This document shows, in pieces, positions 57,095 to 64,000 of a stretch of DNA of 64,000 bases. This DNA comes from Octopus vulgaris (lineage: Eukaryota). The position numbers were made by a program, and so were the translations under genes. Under the pieces are notes generated by a model. That model searched no databases, had not been told where the DNA came from, and was given only the letters and a program-made list of their open reading frames with translations. Each line of letters begins with the position of its first letter. Position 1 is the first letter of the stretch. The stretch is taken from NCBI GenBank assembly GCA_951406725.2, contig OX597815.1, positions 199,764,001 through 199,828,000 on the forward strand, written 5' to 3'.

Positions 57095-57742
57095 TTTATT
57101 TGCTTTAGTCATTAGACTGCGGCCATGCTGGAGCACCGCCTCGAAGAATTTTAGTCGAACGAATCGACCCCAGTGCTTATTTTTTAAGCCTGGTTCTAAT
57201 TTTATCGGTCCCATTGCGATGGGCGGAATGTAAACACATAAACACAAGCTCAAAGACACACTTACATGCACACACGCACACACACTCACACACACACACA
57301 CACACATACACACACACACGATGGGATTCTTTCAGTTTCCATCTTCCAAATCCACTCTGAAGCTTTTAGTCGGCTCGAAGCTATATATTTCTTTATTGCC
57401 CACAAGGTGCTAAACATAGAGGGGACAAACAAGGACAGACAAAGGGATTAAGTCGATTACATTGACCCCAGTGCGAAACTGGTACTTTATTTATCGACCC
57501 CGAAAGGACGAAAGGCAAAGTCGACCTCGGCGGAATTTGAACTCAGAACGTAGCGGCAGATGAAATACCACTAAGCATTTCGCCCGACGTGCTAACGATT
57601 CTGCCAGCTCGCCGCCAGTTCGCTACTATAGCTTCGGCCCGAAGCTATAGTAGAGGGAACTTTCCCCGAGGTGCCACGCAATGAAACCGAACTTGGAACC
57701 ATGTGGTTGGTAAGCAAACCTCTTGACACACAGCCACGCCGA
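57095..57742 (-). mobile_element. SINE A (old) interrupted by a SINE C monomer at 57385-57616
   Basis: The host sequence cggc(t/c)cgaagctata is duplicated around the insert. Confidence 0.82.
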
Positions 57743-57789
57743 CTGTACTGAACATCTCACCATCAACAAAGCTTCCCTTAGTTGAACGA

Positions 57790-58750
57790 AGCAGATGCGT
57801 CGGAGATGATCACCCTATATGCTGCCCTACATAGTTTAATTGACGACCAAAAGGGCTTTAGAAATAAAAGACCCGTAGGTTTTTTCTCCCAAGAAAATTG
57901 CGAAATACTTGATTGAAGCGGAAATCTTAATAATAACAATAACATTGAGATAGGACTACCGTCATTGTACAAATAAGCTTCATGAACAACCAGGAACGGA
58001 GCGAATGCATAGATAATTTCAGAAACGCCTCTCGGCAATATCTAAGTGATACTTCACCATTTGCATCGACCAATAACTATATGAAAGAACGATTATGATG
58101 CGTTGATCGAAGTCCTACTGATTTGCTGTTATCTGTGATCAATCAAGTTGCTAAGGAATATCTAACACAAGTTGACGATGCCAACCTTTGACTATCGAAA
58201 GTCCTACTTTACTGTGTTCCAGTTAATAATCGGTAACAGATGGAAGCATCGCAAAGATCGTTTGTAATGATAACGAACAATTAAGATGGATCACATCTGT
58301 CCATAAAAATATCGACAGACTCGGAAAGAGTATTGAACAATTAGACACTAACATAGAACAAAAACTGAATTAATGTATTCACAAACTACTATGTGTGACT
58401 TTCTTATAGGTTATCAAAGGCATGCGGGAACTACTGACAAGAGACACTCCCGGCTAAGATTACAACCCATTGAATACGAACTGCGAGAAGTATATCAGAA
58501 GCTTTGCCATCGCATAAAATTAAAAGAACGCAAGACTATTAATCGCATGTAAAGCCATACTGATAAGGTTGTAACGATTCTTCTCCACAATAATTTAGAG
58601 TTATTTTGAGAGAGGATTAATAATATGAATAACCAACACAACCACGATGCAAAGTGGTTGAATGAATTACGAAGTAAATAATGTGCTTGTTTTGTCTCAA
58701 AACGTGTTATCAACGAAATTTTCCTGACTGCTGTTGTAAGACTACCGAAC
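57790..58750 (+). pseudogene. Possible highly decayed non-LTR RT remnant
   Basis: LIDDQKGFRNKR (QxGFR-like) and VDDANL (YADD-like) occur at plausible spacing; very degenerate. Confidence 0.3.
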
Positions 58751-58835
58751 GGTCTCTTTAGCCGAACCGCTAAGTTACGGGTACGTAAACACACCACCAT
58801 CGATTGTCAAGCGATGTTGGGGTGACACAGACACA

Positions 58836-58878
<43 letters not shown>

Positions 58879-59043
58879 GTATACGACAGGCTTCTTTCAG
58901 TTCCCGCCTACTAAATCCACTCACAAGGCTTTGATCGGCCCGAGGCTATAGTAGAAAACGCTTGCCCAAAGTGCCACGCAGTGGGACTGAACCGGGACCA
59001 TGTGATTGGTAAGCAAGCTACTTACCACACAGCCACTCCTGTG
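58750..59043 (-). mobile_element. SINE family A, 3'-truncated
   Basis: Matches the family consensus. Confidence 0.88.
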
Positions 59044-59295
59044 ACTATAAAAAATTGTTTGACTCTATCCCTTATTCCAAGATTCTAAAGTCCCTACACC
59101 TTGCCAATATTCCATTTGCTCTAGTAAATGCCATAAAAAAAAACTGACTATAATATGTTCTACCTATTATAATACATTATTATAGTCATAATTACGTTTA
59201 AGTTAACAGTTTTATTCCAGGTTGAGTGTACGATCATAATATTATTCATCCTAGCTGTGAACCCCTTGTAGGCCTTGTCAGGAAATGCAAAATCT

Positions 59296-59620
59296 ATTGG
59301 GTTGTCCGTAAAGTTCGTGCCGATTTATAGTAGCTTACCTTTTGACTTATTTTAGAACATGGTTGAGTCCATAAAATAGGATTTGACTACACTTCCATTT
59401 AGAGCACAGTTTAAGCTATCTTTTTTTATAGGAACATATAGCTATGTTCCTATAACTTGTGTTAATCCTGTAACCCTTTAAAATGGAAGATAAGAAAGTT
59501 CATTTTCGGCACTTGATGCTTTGGGAACCAGACAAAAATTGCTGCAGCTCGGCTGGGATGTGTTATCCCCACCTTCCATATTCACCAGATATTGCTCCTT
59601 CGGATTTCCACTTATTCTTT
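59296..59620 (+). mobile_element. Mariner deletion derivative, second copy (truncated)
   Basis: TIR ttgggttgtccgtaaagttcgtgccgattt; MEDKKVHFRHLMLWE|PDK..; HLPYSPDIAPSDFHLF. Confidence 0.88.
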
Positions 59621-59640
59621 CTTTCGCTTGTAACCGAAAC

Positions 59641-59690
<50 letters not shown>

Positions 59691-59692
59691 TT

Positions 59693-59746
<54 letters not shown>

Positions 59747-59899
59747 CTACGTGTGTGTCAGTATTTGGTGCACAAAACCCACCTGTTAAGTCTTCCGAGA
59801 ATTTTCTCACAAATTGCCTTTACCGGCTTTTTCTTTCCATTTAATCTCGGTTGTCAAATGGTGTCCACTGACCTCGGCTTGTTGTCTCTCTCTCTCTAT

Positions 59900-60420
59900 T
59901 GTTAAGGAGGTTTAGGTGGTACTTGTTTCTCGCATGCTGTTGTTGTCTGTCACTCTATCTGCTGAGAACCCTATCAGCTTTCTTATAAAGAACCACATAT
60001 TTGCAACATTAATAAGCTTTCACACTTGTTTGTTCATGCTCCAGATTATAGAAGGATGGGTTCTACGTATGTCACTGTGACTATTTTCTTTACTATTATC
60101 GATAACCATTTATTTGGCAACACATGTTTGATCTCATCGAAAGCAACCTTCCTCTATGCTATCTTTAACTTCACCTTTTTTTCTTTGATGTTCTCTTATG
60201 TAATATAATAATGGTTTCCAAAGATCTAAAACAATCTTGTTTCAAGGTTGTTCCACTAATTCTTATGCTTCAAAAGGCTGCTCCTTTTCTAGAGGGTAAG
60301 GTGTGACTAAAGGTGATTCAGTTTCTATTTCTAGCAAGTCATGCAACTACTTACAGACTTCCACATGTGTTAATGTTTTTGCTCGTGGTGATAGTGTATC
60401 CATGTTTTTTTTTTACTCTA
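59900..60420 (-). pseudogene. Decayed RTE-clade LINE fragment
   Basis: Minus strand KVAFDEIKHVLPNKWLSIIVK..YVEPILL resembles the RTE region upstream of YGxExW. Confidence 0.5.
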
Positions 60421-61076
60421 TTTACTTCTAGCGATAAACAATACCTTCATGTTTTTTTTCCTGTTTACCATTTATGGATGTCTTTATCAAAGACATGTTT
60501 CTGTTGATATTTTTATATGTACAAACAAGAAAAAAATTTTCGCGTTTTAGTTTTCTTCCCTCTTTTTCCATTGCGTTATGAAATACTTGGTATATTCAGA
60601 TATTTATATTGTTTTAAATCTTTTGTATTCTTCGTAGAGAATTCATTCTACAAACTTGTCCGAATTCGCTAGAGAACTTTCTTATATTACCAAATACATG
60701 TTTCAGACTTTCTATTTCTTCAGCAACTAACTTGAGAAGAAATGAACTTAAAGAATGAAATAAAATACAATACAATAAAAGTAAAAATAAAAATAGAAAA
60801 CAGAAAAATAGGAAACTAAAAAAAATTATTTACATATTCTGAGATTCTTCCAGGAAGAAAGGAAAAAAAATAATTAAAAAAATTCTCTTATGTTATTTCT
60901 CAGAATTCCTGCAACGATCTTGGTGTTCTCTTTATCTTTGTAAACACATAAACACCCATACATTAAATATATTATATAACATATATGCCTTATATAATGC
61001 CATGTGTATATGTATATATATGTGTGTATATATATATATGCATGTATATAAATATATGTATATGTATGTATGAATG

Positions 61077-61126
<50 letters not shown>

Positions 61127-61228
61127 AGTTGGATCTCCTGTACAATTTATATTATCGTACCTATATATATATATATGTATGTATACATATAGATATGTAT
61201 ATATATATGTATATATACATATATTTGT

Positions 61229-61289
<61 letters not shown>

Positions 61290-61329
61290 TTTGTTTATAT
61301 ATATGTATATATATATATATGTACATATA

Positions 61330-61416
<87 letters not shown>

Positions 61417-61713
61417 TACATGAAACACACATCACTCTACATAATGTATGAACTTGGTTACTTGTACGCATGCACACAGACAGGTCCACATCATTTTCAG
61501 CTCGCCCACACATAAATTCTACCACACTCGCCCCCATTCACAAATACACACTCACACACACCATTTTCACACACATACAGACAGACACACACAGACACAG
61601 ACAGACAGAGACATACATACACACACACAAACACACACAAACACACACACACTTGCGCACATTAGCTTGTTGTTCCTTCACATGTCTTCGTCTTTTGTTT
61701 CCCGTAAATTTGA

Positions 61714-61748
<35 letters not shown>

Positions 61749-61762
61749 ATATATATATATAT

Positions 61763-62179
61763 ACTCTTTTACTCTCTTTTTTTACTCTTTTACTTGTTTC
61801 AGTCATTTGACTGCGACCATGCTGGAGCACCGCCTTTAATCGAGCAACTCGACCCCGGGACTTATTCTTTTGTAAGCCCAGTACTTATTCTATCGGTCTC
61901 TTTTGCCGAACCGCTAAGTAATGGGGACATAAACACACCAGCATCGGTTGTCAAGCAATGCTAGGGGGACAAACACAGACACACAAACACACACACGCAT
62001 ATATATATATACATATATACGACGGGCTTCTTTCAGTTTCCGTCTACCAAATCCACTCACAAGGCTTTGGTCGGCCCGAGGCTATAGTAGAAGACACTTG
62101 CCCAAGGTGCCACGCAGTGGGACTAAACCCGGAACCATGTGGTTGGTAAACAAGCTACTTACCACAGAGCCACTCCTGC

Positions 62180-62182
<3 letters not shown>
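61763..62182 (-). mobile_element. SINE family A, full length
   Basis: Matches the family consensus; inserted in (TA)n. Confidence 0.92.
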
Positions 62183-62228
<46 letters not shown>

Positions 62229-63320
62229 GCACACATAAACTGGGAGCAAGAAGAAGAAGAAGAAGAAGAAGAAGAAGATGGTTTGTCAAAACTACTATAT
62301 GGAATATTATAAAGTTGGTTGGAAGCTGAAACCTCAGAAGTCTTTACTCCGAGTTTCTCGTTTTCGATTTTCAAACCTCTGAATGTAAGGAACAGGAAGA
62401 CGCGGAGTAGTGATTTATGACATGTTAGCATCCCCAAATTATCCATCTATCAATATATGCATGCATAAATATATCCTTACAGAAGCATGCATACTACCGC
62501 TTACACATGTATACATACACACATATAATTGCTGTTGATTTTCTAAGGGCAAGGTCGGGTTTTTTGTGGATAGGTGTAGTAAACATCAGAGATGCTTTAC
62601 CCCAAGTAGAAACTGTAGGAGGAACTAAGGGTTTTTACAAGCTTTTCTTCTAAATCCATCGTAACGTTGGAAATTCATCATTAAGTATGTCAAGGTCACA
62701 AGCATTTTGCCCCTTAGCCTGTTCGCTTCACCTGAGCAGGACAACGAAAACCAGACTTGTCTTCGCCTGCAAAAAGGTTTCCCTTGCAATCTCTTATCAA
62801 CCACAGCCGCTGATTTCATCTGCCTTGCCCATTCCCTTGGTGGCTTTCTTCGGTTGCTTGGGTTCCAAACCAATTTTCTGCAGGAAATAGCGCACCGATC
62901 TTGCTGTAAACCGCGGCAACCGACTTCAGAAGGGAATGAGGCCGTGTGCCATCCCCCGAGACAGAGGCCTCGTTGACCAAGTACTGGTATTTGGTATTAT
63001 TTAGCTGGTGAGAAACGTAGTGTATGTCCTACCGTAGCACTGTAAGTTCAACGTGTGCTACCATTATCAGCGACTTACTGAAAGAGCTTAATAAAGAAAT
63101 TGTTGTTTTATTAAATCGTAAAGCAAAATCGGAATATAATGCCCAATGCAGAAATATCGAGAAATCAAATACTATATTTCTGAATGAAAGTACTTTATAC
63201 CACAAAAATATTCAATTTATATTTGTGACATTTCAGTTAGTAGCTGTTTTCTGTATTTTTATTAAATTCTTTGATTAATCTATAAAAATAACATTTGCCA
63301 ACTACAAAAATGTATTCTAA

Positions 63321-63572
63321 CCGTTTAGTACTTAAGCCGTCCATATCAGGCCCAAATATTCTTCATCTTTACTCTTTACTCTCTTTTACTCTTTTACTTG
63401 TTTCAGTCATTTGACTGCGGCCATGCTGGAGCACCGCCTTTAGTCGAGCACATCGACCCCGGGACTTATTCTTTGTAAGCCCAGTACTTATTCTATCGGT
63501 CTCTTTTGCCGAACCGCTAAGTGACGGGGACGTAAACACACCAGCATCGGTTGTCAAGCAATGCTAGGGGGA

Positions 63573-63632
<60 letters not shown>

Positions 63633-63965
63633 TAAGACAGGCTTCTTTCAGTTTCCGTCTACCAAATCCACTTACAAGGCTTTGGTCGGCCCGGGGCTAG
63701 AGCAGAAGACACTTGCCCAAGATGCCACGCAGTGGGACTGAACCCTGAACCATGTGGTTTGTTAGCAAGCTACTTACCACACAACCACTTCCTGTTTATG
63801 TTAAATTGCCCAGATTCGGCGTCTCGCTCCTACCTGACAATCTCCTTCTAAAACTAAATGATCATATCGTCATAACCTCGGAGCTATAACATAACGCCTG
63901 ATTAATTCAAAACTATGCAAATAGATAAGCATCACATCAATCAAAATACTCTGAATGCTAAAGGG
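63321..63965. mobile_element. piggyBac-like MITE interrupted by SINE A
   Basis: Ends (ctaa)ccgtttagta and tgctaaaggg(tgaa) approximate TTAA-CCCTTTAGCA TIRs. A related left-end fragment lies at about 1472-1585. Confidence 0.55.
63368..63793 (-). mobile_element. SINE family A, full length
   Basis: Matches the family consensus. Confidence 0.92.
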
Positions 63966-64000
63966 TGAAGTGTTTGATGATACTGCCATTTCTGTTATAT

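Overview
AT-rich, repeat-saturated animal non-coding DNA, either intronic or intergenic. The tRNA-derived SINE families and dense (TA)n/(CA)n/(AAT)n microsatellites point to an octopus or other coleoid cephalopod genome; this is inference and the species cannot be determined. I found no credible host protein-coding exon. Nearly all listed ORFs are microsatellite or SINE read-throughs. The window holds about 40 SINE copies from at least four families, remnants of RTE/BovB, CR1 and R4/Dong-type (REL-endonuclease) LINEs, mariner, Tc1, hAT and piggyBac-type DNA elements, two non-autonomous Helitrons and a solo-LTR-like GC island. Three things stand out. (1) About ten minimal type-I hammerhead-ribozyme-like motifs from several unrelated short families, mostly embedded in (TA)n tracts and each with a palindromic stem III, as in Penelope-like elements. 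(2) A young 13-copy, 121-122 bp tandem array whose unit fuses an REL-endonuclease remnant to a hammerhead-like hairpin. (3) A SINE that forms head-plus-181 bp multimers with the same junction at every locus, and also forms long inverted repeats. Coordinates were read by eye and most element ends are approximate.
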